From the NCBI GenBank assembly GCA_045578385.1, contig JAZNKD010000024.1:44774-108773 (forward strand): 64,000 nucleotides of DNA, in the 5' to 3' direction. The notes under the pieces are model-generated. The model was not told the DNA's origin. It saw nothing but the letters and a program-made list of their open reading frames with translations, and did no database searches. The DNA is from Eubacteriales bacterium. GTDB lineage: Bacteria > Bacillota > Clostridia > Oscillospirales > CAG-272. Made by a program: the position numbers and the translations under genes. Below, piece after piece: positions 1 through 7,800 of this stretch; the first letter of the stretch is position 1, and every line of letters begins with the position of its first letter.

Positions 1-198
1 ACTGCCCGTATAAATATGACCTATGTAATAAAGCGGTATCGCGATGACGAATATCAACGCGTACATACCTCGCTTAAAGCCTCGGAAAAACTCAATTCGC
101 TCTGCTCTTGAGCGAAATACTATATTCATAACGATTGCAATCGCTTCTACAAGCAAAAGTCCCAGACAAATCAATGATACAAGATTATAATATATCAC
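1..198 (-). CDS. Partial membrane protein of unknown function. Only the N-terminal 66 codons are present; the gene runs off the window start.
   Basis: The reverse frame is open for all 66 codons from GTG at 196-198. It is preceded by GGGAG 7 nt upstream. The translation VIYYNLVSLICLGLLLVEAIAIV... is hydrophobic. The supplied ORF track does not list it. Confidence 0.35.
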   Translation of the reverse strand, partial: MIYYNLVSLICLGLLLVEAIAIVMNIVFRSRAERIEFFRGFKRGMYALIFVIAIPLYYIGHIYTGS

Positions 199-437
199 CG
201 TACAGCTCCCATAAATTTATTTTAAATCAGTTATCTAAATTGTACTACTTTTCGCTTTGTTTGTCAAGAAATCTGAAATTTTCGCTGTTTCAGGCGTTAA
301 AAATATAAAATAAGTATTTTAATGCGTTGATTTTAGCGTTTCTTTGTGATAAAATATATCCGTTGAAAACAAAGCTTGAAAGAAACTTCGAAAGCCTGCA
401 ATAAAATTAGACTTAGACGCTCTAAAGGAACAGTACT

Positions 438-1180
438 ATGAAAAACAAAACGGGTATAGTTTCGATATCCTTCAGAAAGCATACTCCGCGTCAAATTCTT
501 GAAGCCGCAAGGGCTGCAAAACTTGACTCAGATGAGTGGGCGCGAATATTCACGCTTCTCACGTCGATATAAAAGCGGCAAACGAAGTAAAGGTATTATC
601 CGCCTTATACGAAATAAAAATTGCTGAATACGGCTCTTATTACGTAATAGGAAAAAGCAATCCGGAGCTTTTTTGTAAGGTGCTTTCATCTGCGCGAGAA
701 CTTGGCACCGATATCGTAATAGTCTGACCCGGACAGAATAAGCCAAGCGGCACGTATACAGCCGAGGAATACGACTTAGCCGCAGCCGACACAAAAAGGA
801 TATGCCGAGAAGCAAAAAGCGTCACGGTTGCCCTTGAATGCCGCCAGAACTCTCTTACCGACGAATACCATACAGCATTGAAATTCTTAAAGCGCGCAAA
901 CGAACCTAACCTAAAAACATTTTGGCAACCGAATCAGCATAGACCTCTCGAACATAATCTAGATGCAATAAAATCACTTCTCCCCTACATAGTCAGCGTT
1001 CACGCGTTCTCGTAAATAAGAGGTCAAAGGCTGCCGTTTTCGGCACTTGAGGACTATTGGCGTAAATGCATAAATATCCTCTCTCAAAAAGAGTTAAGCT
1101 ATATGCTTGAATTTATTTACAACGATAATATTGATACGCTTAAAGAAACCGTAGAAACGCTCAAAAAACGGCTAAACTAA
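438..1180 (+). pseudogene. Disrupted sugar-phosphate isomerase/epimerase (xylose isomerase-like TIM barrel family)
   Basis: The reading frame MKNKTGIVSISFRKHTPRQILEAARAAKLDSDEW shifts by one nucleotide in a G-run near 533-537. It continues as GANIHASHVDIKAANEV..., then meets an in-frame TGA at 725-727 and an in-frame TAA at 1014-1016. The family-like sequence continues to LEFIYNDNIDTLKETVETLKKRLN. Confidence 0.65.
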
Positions 1181-1304
1181 GCACAAATGCAAGCTTTTGT
1201 TGTCATTAATAAAAACAACGCACAGCCTAAAACTTTTCAGCGCACAAAATGCTACACTCCAAAATCTTAAACAAAAAACAATACATATCGCAAGGAGAAA
1301 GAAC

Positions 1305-2813
1305 TTGAACTCTCAGAACTATAACCTCGGATTTTCTCGTGCATCGGGGATTCTTATGCCGCTTTCCTCTCTGCCCGGAAGCTACGGAATCGGAAATATG
1401 GGGCGAGAAGCGTATAAATTCGTTGATTTTCTCGAAGCCTGCCACCAAAAATGCTGGCAGGTATTGCCTCTTAACCCCACGTCTTATGGCGACAGTCCGT
1501 ATCAGTCGCCCGCTTCCTTTGCGGGAAACCCGTATTTTATAGACCCCGAAACCTTACACGCCAAGGGACTTCTTACCAAAGATGAACTTAAGAGTGCAAA
1601 ATTTAAATCCAACACGGTAGACTACAGCTGGCTTTTCAGTACGCGCTACGAGCTTCTTCGCCTTGCATATTCAAGATTTAAAAGCGACGCGTCCTTCCGA
1701 GCATTTTTACGGCGTGAGAGTGAGTGGATAGACGATTACGCGCTCTTTATGTCTCTTAAAATCAAAAATTCTTATAAAGCCTGGCCAGAGTGGGGCGAGG
1801 ACGAAAAGGAATATAAAAACGCGAAGATAAAGCTTAGCGAATATTCCGAGGAATGCGGCTTCTGGCGTTGGGTACAGTATGAATTTATGAGCCAATGGAA
1901 AAAGCTTACCTCTTACGCTCATAAAAAAGGTATACTCATCATAGGTGATATGCCGATCTACGTAGCTCACGACAGTATGGACGTATGGCGCGCGCCCGAT
2001 GAATTCCTTCTCGACGAAAATTATAATCCAATAAAGGTTGCGGGCTGCCCTCCCGATGCATATTCCGAGGCCGGTCAGCTTTGGGGCAATCCCATATACA
2101 ACTGGGAGCATATGAAAGAAAACTCGTTTGAATGGTGGTGCAACAGAGTAGGCGCAGCCTTCAAGCTTTACGATATTCTCAGAATAGACCACTTCCGCGG
2201 CTTTGCAAGCTACTATTCAATACCGTTCGGAGATATAAACGCCAAGCGCGGTGAATGGGTAAGCGCGCCCGGCGCCGAGCTTTTCGACCGCATAAAAGAG
2301 GTATACCCGAAATCGAAAATAATCGCTGAGGACCTCGGATTTATTACCGACGACGTAAGAGAGCTTCTTTCATATACGGGATTCCCCGGAATGAAGCTTC
2401 TGCAGTTTGCGTTCTTTGAGGAAAACAACGAATATCTGCCTAGAACCTACACCACGGATAACTGCATAGTCTACACCGCGTCTCACGATTCCGACTGCAC
2501 GAGAAGCTGGGCGCTCTCGCTTGAGGGCGATACCCGCGCAAGATTTATTCGCGAATGCAAGCGCGAGCGTGGCGAAAGCTCGACTGCAGCTCTTATAAGG
2601 CTCGCTATGACCAGCATTGGAAAGCTCGCCGTTATTCCAATACAGGATTACCTTGAGTTAACCAATGAAAAAGGCAGAATGAACACCCCCTCTACCGACA
2701 GAGGAAATTGGTGCTTCAGAGCACCTAAAGGCTACGCCTCGGAGAAAAACGCAGAAAAAATAAGGAGCATCACGAAAAAGAGCCGACGCTCTTACGTGAA
2801 AAACAAAAAATGA
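1305..2813 (+). CDS. malQ: 4-alpha-glucanotransferase (amylomaltase, GH77)
   Basis: Family motifs are present: RASGILMPLSSLPGSYGIGNMG, GDMPIYV, RIDHFRGF and WGNPIYNW. The preferred start is TTG at 1305, with AAGGAGA 6 nt upstream, which gives about 502 aa. The track ORF begins further upstream at 1197. Confidence 0.9.
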   Translation: MNSQNYNLGFSRASGILMPLSSLPGSYGIGNMGREAYKFVDFLEACHQKCWQVLPLNPTSYGDSPYQSPASFAGNPYFIDPETLHAKGLLTKDELKSAKFKSNTVDYSWLFSTRYELLRLAYSRFKSDASFRAFLRRESEWIDDYALFMSLKIKNSYKAWPEWGEDEKEYKNAKIKLSEYSEECGFWRWVQYEFMSQWKKLTSYAHKKGILIIGDMPIYVAHDSMDVWRAPDEFLLDENYNPIKVAGCPPDAYSEAGQLWGNPIYNWEHMKENSFEWWCNRVGAAFKLYDILRIDHFRGFASYYSIPFGDINAKRGEWVSAPGAELFDRIKEVYPKSKIIAEDLGFITDDVRELLSYTGFPGMKLLQFAFFEENNEYLPRTYTTDNCIVYTASHDSDCTRSWALSLEGDTRARFIRECKRERGESSTAALIRLAMTSIGKLAVIPIQDYLELTNEKGRMNTPSTDRGNWCFRAPKGYASEKNAEKIRSITKKSRRSYVKNKK

Positions 2814-3571
2814 GTTATATAGTATTCGACCTTGACCAGACGCTCCTTAATGATAAAAGCGAGGTAACAAATTACACGCTCGACGTTTTATCCGAGGTTC
2901 GCGCACGAGGGCACAAGATAGTCATAAATACCGCGAGAAGCAGGTTTTTTAATCAGAAATATTTTGACAGAATAGCACCGGACTACGCAATTCTCTGCGG
3001 CGGCGCTGGAATACTTGACAAAAACGGCGCTTACGTTTATAAAAAGGAAATTCCGAAAGAAAAGGTTAAGGAAATCGCCCGTGAACTCAGCTCCCAGGGA
3101 AAGCTTTTCTCTATCCAGGCAGACCCATATATTTATTCAAACAATCCGACCTTTACGCGCTTTGACGTTGTAATGTTCAACCCGGACAGATTTAATTACA
3201 GCTTTGATTCACCGAAGCTTATCGTAAAACTTGAGGCCGGAGAGGACAAATATTTCAAAGAAAAATACGACCTTGACGTAGTTCCATATTTTGACGGCCC
3301 TCTTTACAGATTCACTCATAAGGACGCAACGAAAGCAAAGGGCAACGCTGCCCTTGCCGAGCTACTCGGAGGAAGCCTTCACGATATAATAGCCTTCGGT
3401 GACGACGTCGGTGACGTTGATATGCTAAAGGAGGCGGGCATAGGTGTAATTATGAAAAACGCAGGTGAGCGTGTAAAATCGCAGTTTCAGCATATCACCG
3501 AATACACGAACGACGAAGACGGAGTCGCAAGATTTTTAGCAAAGCATTTCGGGCTTTACACCGAAAAATAA
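2810..3571 (+). CDS. Cof-type HAD-IIB family hydrolase (sugar phosphatase-like)
   Basis: Motif I is FDLDQTLL. The C-terminal motif is GDDVGDVDMLKEAG. The start overlaps the malQ stop in an ATGA arrangement. Confidence 0.8.
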   Translation: MSYIVFDLDQTLLNDKSEVTNYTLDVLSEVRARGHKIVINTARSRFFNQKYFDRIAPDYAILCGGAGILDKNGAYVYKKEIPKEKVKEIARELSSQGKLFSIQADPYIYSNNPTFTRFDVVMFNPDRFNYSFDSPKLIVKLEAGEDKYFKEKYDLDVVPYFDGPLYRFTHKDATKAKGNAALAELLGGSLHDIIAFGDDVGDVDMLKEAGIGVIMKNAGERVKSQFQHITEYTNDEDGVARFLAKHFGLYTEK

Positions 3572-3595
3572 TGATTTAAGACATCGGAGTTTATT

Positions 3596-4321
3596 ATGTT
3601 TTCAACCAATCATTTTATATGGCTAGGCATATGCGCGGCTTTCATCTCGGGACTTCTAGTTGCCGCAAAGAAATTCAAATTTTCATTTAAAACTGCGACG
3701 CTGATTACAGCAGGCTTAAGCCTTACGAGCGAGCTTTGTAAAATATTCACGCATATTGAGGAAACAAAAAACGCAGACGGAAACGTTATAAGCGGATTTC
3801 TTGATCCCGGAGCGCTCCCCTTTCATCTCTGCTCGCTTCTTATATTCGTAACATTCTACCTTGCATTTTCAAAGAATGAAAAAAGAATTGAGGTTATGAA
3901 AAGCTTTTTCGTACCCGTAGCTATACTCGGCGGCACAATGGCGCTTCTGATACCCACAAGCGGAGTTGATTTCAAAGAACCGTTTGCTTATCAATGCTTT
4001 GTTTACCACTCGGCTATAATATGGTACTCGTTGTATCTACTCTGCTCGAAACAGGTAAATCTCAGCTTTTGCTCGTATAAAAGAAATATGCTTATCCTTT
4101 CCTGCTTGGTTTTAGTTATGATATGGATAAACAGCATATTAAGCATCTACAATACCAACTTCTTATATCTTGTCAGACCGCCTATGGAGAATTTACCCAT
4201 TTTAAATCTTAACAACGGTTGGTTTGTTTATTTCCTGTCGCTCGTTAGCGTTGCGCTTACGCTTTTCACGTTATTCCACTTGCCGTTCATTATTAAAGCT
4301 ATAAAATCAAGAAAAAAATAA
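3596..4321 (+). CDS. Polytopic integral membrane protein, YwaF/TIGR02206-like by size and topology
   Basis: 241 aa with about 7 hydrophobic segments. GGAG lies 6 nt upstream of the ATG. The family assignment is from memory only. Confidence 0.45.
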   Translation: MFSTNHFIWLGICAAFISGLLVAAKKFKFSFKTATLITAGLSLTSELCKIFTHIEETKNADGNVISGFLDPGALPFHLCSLLIFVTFYLAFSKNEKRIEVMKSFFVPVAILGGTMALLIPTSGVDFKEPFAYQCFVYHSAIIWYSLYLLCSKQVNLSFCSYKRNMLILSCLVLVMIWINSILSIYNTNFLYLVRPPMENLPILNLNNGWFVYFLSLVSVALTLFTLFHLPFIIKAIKSRKK

Positions 4322-4462
4322 AAAACTTAATAAAACGAAGAAAAAACAAGTTTTAAATATAATTATATTCGAAAAGCAAAAACGAGATAGAATTGCATTG
4401 TAAATTTGCAAGAGCTGTCTCGTTTTTGATTTGGTTATGCGAAATAAAACAGGCAGTAATAT

Positions 4463-4492
4463 AAAAAGCCGACTTTTCCGAGTCGGCTTTTT
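4463..4492. terminator. Bidirectional rho-independent terminator
   Basis: The stem GCCGACT (4468-4474) pairs with AGTCGGC (4481-4487). It is flanked by an A-run on one side and a T-run on the other, and sits between the plus-strand membrane protein gene and the 3' end of the minus-strand tRNA operon. Confidence 0.6.
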
Positions 4493-4499
4493 ATATTAC

Positions 4500-4575
4500 T
4501 GGAGCGGATTACGGGGCTCGAACCCGCCACCTCCACCTTGGCAAGGTGGCGCTCTACCAAATGAGCTAAATCCGC
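4500..4575 (-). tRNA. tRNA-Gly (anticodon GCC)
   Basis: The reverse complement folds as a cloverleaf: GCGGATT / TA / GCTC-ATTTGGTA-GAGC / CCACC-TTGCCAA-GGTGG / GCGGG-TTCGAGC-CCCGT / AATCCGC-T-CCA. CCA is encoded. Confidence 0.9.
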
Positions 4576-4640
4576 ATATTTTGGCGAATCGAATAGTTCT
4601 CGACTCGCGAGGCGACGCTTGCGCTATTGCTTTTTTGATT

Positions 4641-4717
4641 TGGCGACTCGGATGGGGCTCGAACCCACGACCTCTAGCGTGACAGGCTAGCGCTCTAACC
4701 AACTGAGCTACCAAGCC
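4641..4717 (-). tRNA. tRNA-Asp (anticodon GTC)
   Basis: The reverse complement is GGCTTGGTAGCTCAGTTGGTTAGAGCGCTAGCCTGTCACGCTAGAGGTCGTGGGTTCGAGCCCCATCCGAGTCGCCA. The anticodon loop is CTGTCAC. The acceptor stem has two G-U pairs. Confidence 0.85.
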
Positions 4718-4923
4718 ATAATCAGCGCCCCGAGCAAGAGGGGCGCTGAAAGGTGGAAAATGTATAGGCATATCGAAGCAGACGTCCGACATCTCACAGC
4801 AACAAGCAAAAGCTTGATACACCGTCACGTCGCTGAACGCACTCGTTTGCACCGACTAATCACCGATACATTTAAAAGGAAGGTACAGAATCCAATTTCG
4901 CGCGACTTGAACACTATAACCTT

Positions 4924-4948
4924 TCTTGGTGGAAAGTACAGGGCTCGA
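4924..4948 (-). repeat. 25-nt exact copy of the tRNA-Val 3' end (acceptor 3' strand, part of the T-arm and 3 flanking nt)
   Basis: TCTTGGTGGAAAGTACAGGGCTCGA occurs at 4924-4948 and again at 5067-5091, where it is inside the intact tRNA-Val. The sequences diverge immediately afterwards. Confidence 0.85.
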
Positions 4949-5069
4949 TTCTCGCGCGAACTACGCGCTCGGTCTTCCACGGTCGCGAACGTCCACCGGA
5001 AGTTCGCTCTGCACCGTTTCCCCTTCGAGCCCGCCATTTGCGTATCGAATTGAGTTCCTTATACTATCT

Positions 5070-5145
5070 TGGTGGAAAGTACAGGGCTCGAACCTGTGAC
5101 CCTCTGCTTGTAAGGCAGATGCTCTCCCAACTGAGCTAACCTTCC
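5070..5145 (-). tRNA. tRNA-Val (anticodon TAC)
   Basis: The reverse complement is GGAAGGTTAGCTCAGTTGGGAGAGCATCTGCCTTACAAGCAGAGGGTCACAGGTTCGAGCCCTGTACTTTCCACCA. The anticodon loop is CTTACAA. Confidence 0.9.
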
Positions 5146-5159
5146 GTATCTGCCCTAAC

Positions 5160-5188
5160 ATTATAGCAGATATTATTATATTTGTCAA
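5160..5188 (-). promoter_or_regulatory. Consensus sigma-A promoter for the minus-strand tRNA operon (Val ... Asp-Gly)
   Basis: On the minus strand the sequence reads TTGACA (5188-5183), a 17-nt spacer, then TATAAT (5165-5160). It lies about 14 nt upstream of the tRNA-Val 5' end. Confidence 0.7.
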
Positions 5189-5248
5189 GCATTTTGAAAT
5201 ATTTCGAATAAAAATATGTGTACGCGAGAAAATATTGTTAAAAACCTA

Positions 5249-5277
5249 TTGACAAACCTATTTTTTTGTGATAGAAT
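5249..5277 (+). promoter_or_regulatory. Sigma-A promoter for tRNA-Gln
   Basis: TTGACA (5249-5254), 17-nt spacer, TAGAAT (5272-5277). Confidence 0.65.
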
Positions 5278-5307
5278 ATAGACCGTTCAGCGAAAAACGA
5301 ATAATAT

Positions 5308-5381
5308 AGCGGAATTGTGTAACGGTAGCACAGCAGACTCTGACTCTGTATGTTGGGGTTCGAATCCCTATTCCGCTGCCA
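5308..5381 (+). tRNA. tRNA-Gln (anticodon CTG)
   Basis: Cloverleaf: AGCGGAA TT GTGT-AACGGTA-GCAC A GCAGA-CTCTGAC-TCTGT ATGT TGGGG-TTCGAAT-CCCTA TTCCGCT G CCA. Confidence 0.85.
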
Positions 5382-5387
5382 AGAAAA

Positions 5388-5423
5388 GCAGACCATCATT
5401 CGATGGTCTGCTTTTCTTTTCTT
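5388..5423 (+). terminator. Rho-independent terminator after tRNA-Gln
   Basis: The stem GCAGACCATC pairs with GATGGTCTGC across the loop ATTC, followed by TTTTCTTTTCTT. Confidence 0.75.
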
Positions 5424-5476
5424 GATGGCGGAATAGGCTCACGAACCACAGTGCCGCAAGGCACGGGGTTCGCATA
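5391..5476 (+). repeat. Copy 1 of an 86-nt direct repeat (terminator hairpin plus a GNRA-capped hairpin)
   Basis: 5391-5476 and 5587-5672 are identical except for a 4-nt block (GATG versus AGCA) and one G/A difference. Confidence 0.85.
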
Positions 5477-5586
5477 TGTTTGCTATGCAAACATATCTGG
5501 CGTACTGCGTGGGAATACCTTACTGCCTCACTGCAACGGAACGGTCTGTTACCAAGTAATCGCACGCTAGCCATATCCCTATTCAA

Positions 5587-5672
5587 GACCATCATTCGAT
5601 GGTCTGCTTTTCTTTTCTTAGCAGCGGAATAGACTCACGAACCACAGTGCCGCAAGGCACGGGGTTCGCATA
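5587..5672 (+). repeat. Copy 2 of the 86-nt direct repeat
   Basis: Same comparison as copy 1. It is preceded by ATCCCTATTC (5575-5584), which duplicates tRNA-Gln positions 5365-5374. Confidence 0.85.
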
Positions 5673-5854
5673 CCCCGAACTAAAATATCTCACAAAAGCT
5701 AAACAACCCTCAAAATACTCCCCCATCTATTGAAAAAGCTACATTTTTGTGCTATCCTAAAGAAAACGTTTTTGTTATTCGAGATTTGAATAATAACAGC
5801 GCCGTAGAAATCTCCTATTCTACGAAAAAATACCAAAGATACGGTGGATAAAAT

Positions 5855-6712
5855 ATGACTTTCAAAAGATGGTTTAGGCGTTGGTTAAAGTCCATACGAA
5901 AAATGTTTTTGGTGATCTCCCGGAAAACGTTAAGCGAAAAGGAGCGGGAAGAAGCACGGCAAAAAAGACTTTTGAAAAAACTTCATCCGGATCCGTTTCC
6001 CGAATTTAATAGAAAGCCCAAAAGAGAAATAAAAACATCGCCGAATTCAAGATTATTTGCGTCAGCCTTAGACTTTTTTATTGCAACGGTTGCTATTATA
6101 CTTGTTCCGTTCGGTATGTTTGATTTTACCGCAAAAAAGAGAAAGAGCAAGGCGGCAAAAGTTGAAAGGGCTAAGCGCGCCAACAATACGTCAGGCAAAT
6201 CTCTTAAGATAAAAGCTTGCGCCTGCAACAATATAAGTCCCGCGCCGGTAAAGCGTGAAAGCTGCGGCACCGTGATAAAAAGCGCCGCTTGCGATGATGA
6301 TGCTGAGTGCTATGACGGCGCGTTTGACACCGATAAAAAGGAAGCGCACGCAAAGAGCGAATCCCGCGTGGCTAAAATGCCCACTGCCGCCGATCATCTC
6401 TCAGCGCCAAAAAGCAAGAGCGACAAATTCATTCGCAAATCAATGTGTTTTACACCCAATTATGAAAGTAAAGAAACCGCGGAAAAACTTAACACGGGTG
6501 AATATTTCAAAATAGAATTAAAGCAAGTAAACGGCATAGACCGCCCCGTTTTCGTATATGACGGAAAAATCATCGGGTACGCAAGCGATGATGATACCCA
6601 CCTTTTACTCACCTGCCTGATTCTCGGAGATAAGCTCTACGGAGCGGTCACCGAAATATCCGAGGACAAAAATTGCGTAAAATACGAGGCTTGGATCAGC
6701 CGCGCAATTTAA
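5855..6712 (+). CDS. Hypothetical single-pass membrane protein. It has a basic N-terminus, a Cys-rich low-complexity middle and a compact C-terminal domain.
   Basis: 285-aa ORF with one hydrophobic segment (LFASALDFFIATVAIILVPFGMF). The C-terminal ~80 aa vaguely resembles a HIRAN-type fold, but I cannot verify that. Confidence 0.45.
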   Translation: MTFKRWFRRWLKSIRKMFLVISRKTLSEKEREEARQKRLLKKLHPDPFPEFNRKPKREIKTSPNSRLFASALDFFIATVAIILVPFGMFDFTAKKRKSKAAKVERAKRANNTSGKSLKIKACACNNISPAPVKRESCGTVIKSAACDDDAECYDGAFDTDKKEAHAKSESRVAKMPTAADHLSAPKSKSDKFIRKSMCFTPNYESKETAEKLNTGEYFKIELKQVNGIDRPVFVYDGKIIGYASDDDTHLLLTCLILGDKLYGAVTEISEDKNCVKYEAWISRAI

Positions 6713-6999
6713 AATAAACGTCAATTATAACGATAGACTGCAGCTTTTAATTATTGGATATAAAAATAGTCTACAGGCGAGTAGAATTTAACTTTTTGTG
6801 AGTGCTCGAGTCAATGAAAAGGGCTTTCAAAACTAATGCTATGCAACAGTAAAACCGGAAATTTTAAGAGCTGTTGCGAGGTCTGTTTGCAACAGTCATC
6901 AATTCTTTTTCGAAAAAACTTTACAAAATGGGCTTTATATGCTATAATGTCACAGGGAAAAGGAATCTATCTAATTTAAAAACAAAAGGAGTAAATGAA

Positions 7000-7701
7000 G
7001 TGTACTTATACGAAACGCATCTTCATACAAGTCCTGTCAGCAGATGCGCCAGAGTGGGCGTAAGAGAGACTGTTGAATTTTACAAATCGCTCGGTTACTC
7101 AGGTATTTTTATAACGAATCATTTTCTTGACGGAAACATAAATATTCCCAGTGAAGCAACCTATGAGGACAAGATAAACTTTTACTTTTCCGACTATGAG
7201 AAAGGGAAAAAAATAGGCGATGAAATCGGACTTGACGTATTTTTTGGCGCAGAAATATCCTACGGTGGAACAGATTTTCTCATCTTCGGACTAGATAAGG
7301 AATGGTATATCTCGCACCCGGAAATCGTGGGAATGAAAAAGACGGACGAGCTGACTCTTATGGCAAACGCAGGTGCTCTGATAATCCAAGCGCACCCGTT
7401 CCGTGAAGCATCGTATATCGACCATATAAGGCTTTTTCCGAGGCACGTGCACGGTGTTGAAGTATACAATGCCTGCCGAACAGATTTTGAAAATGCTATG
7501 GCGAAATCCTACGCAAAAAGCTATTCTCTTTTAACCTTTGCCGGCTCGGACAATCATATTGGCGGCGATCAGAAGAAGCTTGGCGGAATAAAGCTCTCGT
7601 CAAAAATCACCGATGAGCGTGACTTCGTACGTCGCATAAAGAACGGCGAATTTAAAATCTTTCACAGGAGCTTGGCGAATAACAAAGATTTTCCCATTTA
7701 G
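7000..7701 (+). CDS. PHP-domain metal-dependent phosphoesterase (histidinol-phosphatase-like)
   Basis: The N-terminal motif is ETHLHTSPVS, followed by AHPFRE and GSDNH motifs. The preferred start is GTG at 7000, with AAAGGAG 8 nt upstream. The track ORF starts at 6874. Confidence 0.75.
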   Translation: MYLYETHLHTSPVSRCARVGVRETVEFYKSLGYSGIFITNHFLDGNINIPSEATYEDKINFYFSDYEKGKKIGDEIGLDVFFGAEISYGGTDFLIFGLDKEWYISHPEIVGMKKTDELTLMANAGALIIQAHPFREASYIDHIRLFPRHVHGVEVYNACRTDFENAMAKSYAKSYSLLTFAGSDNHIGGDQKKLGGIKLSSKITDERDFVRRIKNGEFKIFHRSLANNKDFPI

Positions 7702-7748
7702 GTTATAAAATAAACCAAGAAAAAACAAATCGCAGGAAAGCAAAATAA

Positions 7749-7800
7749 AGCGGCAGCTCAATACCTCTTTATCGGTAAAAAGCTGCCGCTTTTTATTTTT
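7749..7800 (+). terminator. Rho-independent terminator
   Basis: AGCGGCAGCT (7749-7758) pairs with AGCTGCCGCT (7781-7790), followed by TTTTTATTTTT. Confidence 0.7.

Noticed and set aside
725-1016. Considered whether the in-frame TGA and TAA at expected Trp positions indicate stop-codon reassignment or programmed readthrough.
   Set aside because: TGA terminates well-supported genes in this window (malQ, trkA, rnr, the permease at 14195). The same gene also carries a frameshift. Simple pseudogenisation explains all three lesions.
1197-1304. The longer upstream start of the malQ ORF. Similar extended track starts occur at 6874, 12178, 16883, 31978, 32492, 35575, 36086, 48675, 54673 and 58174.
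   Set aside because: In each case an internal start is preceded by a GGAGG/AAGGAG-type RBS at 5-9 nt and coincides with the conserved family N-terminus or signal peptide. The extended N-termini have no RBS and some overlap promoter elements.
4718-5069. Tested whether the 352-nt tRNA-operon spacer is tmRNA, 5S rRNA, RNase P RNA, SRP RNA or 6S RNA.
   Set aside because: - tmRNA: there is no GGGG...UUCGAC 5' end, no G3:U70 acceptor, no tag ORF ending in hydrophobic-Ala-Ala, and no intact T-arm before CCA.
- 5S rRNA: the CCGAAC..GGAAGTTAAGC and GAGAGTAGG boxes and the complementary termini are absent.
- RNase P RNA: the only GAGGAAAGTCC-like string is the reverse complement of the tRNA-Val 3' end, so it is a coincidence.
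- SRP RNA: the GGAAGCAGCC domain IV motif is absent.
- 6S RNA: I could neither confirm nor exclude it by eye.

The region is therefore left unassigned (see findings).
4431-5595. Track ORFs 4431-4682, 4496-4852, 4760-5053, 4825-5037, 4961-5188 and 5368-5595.
   Set aside because: They run through tRNA genes, terminators and the structured or repeated spacers. Their apparent coding length comes from GC-rich RNA-like sequence. No RBS or protein-like features are present.
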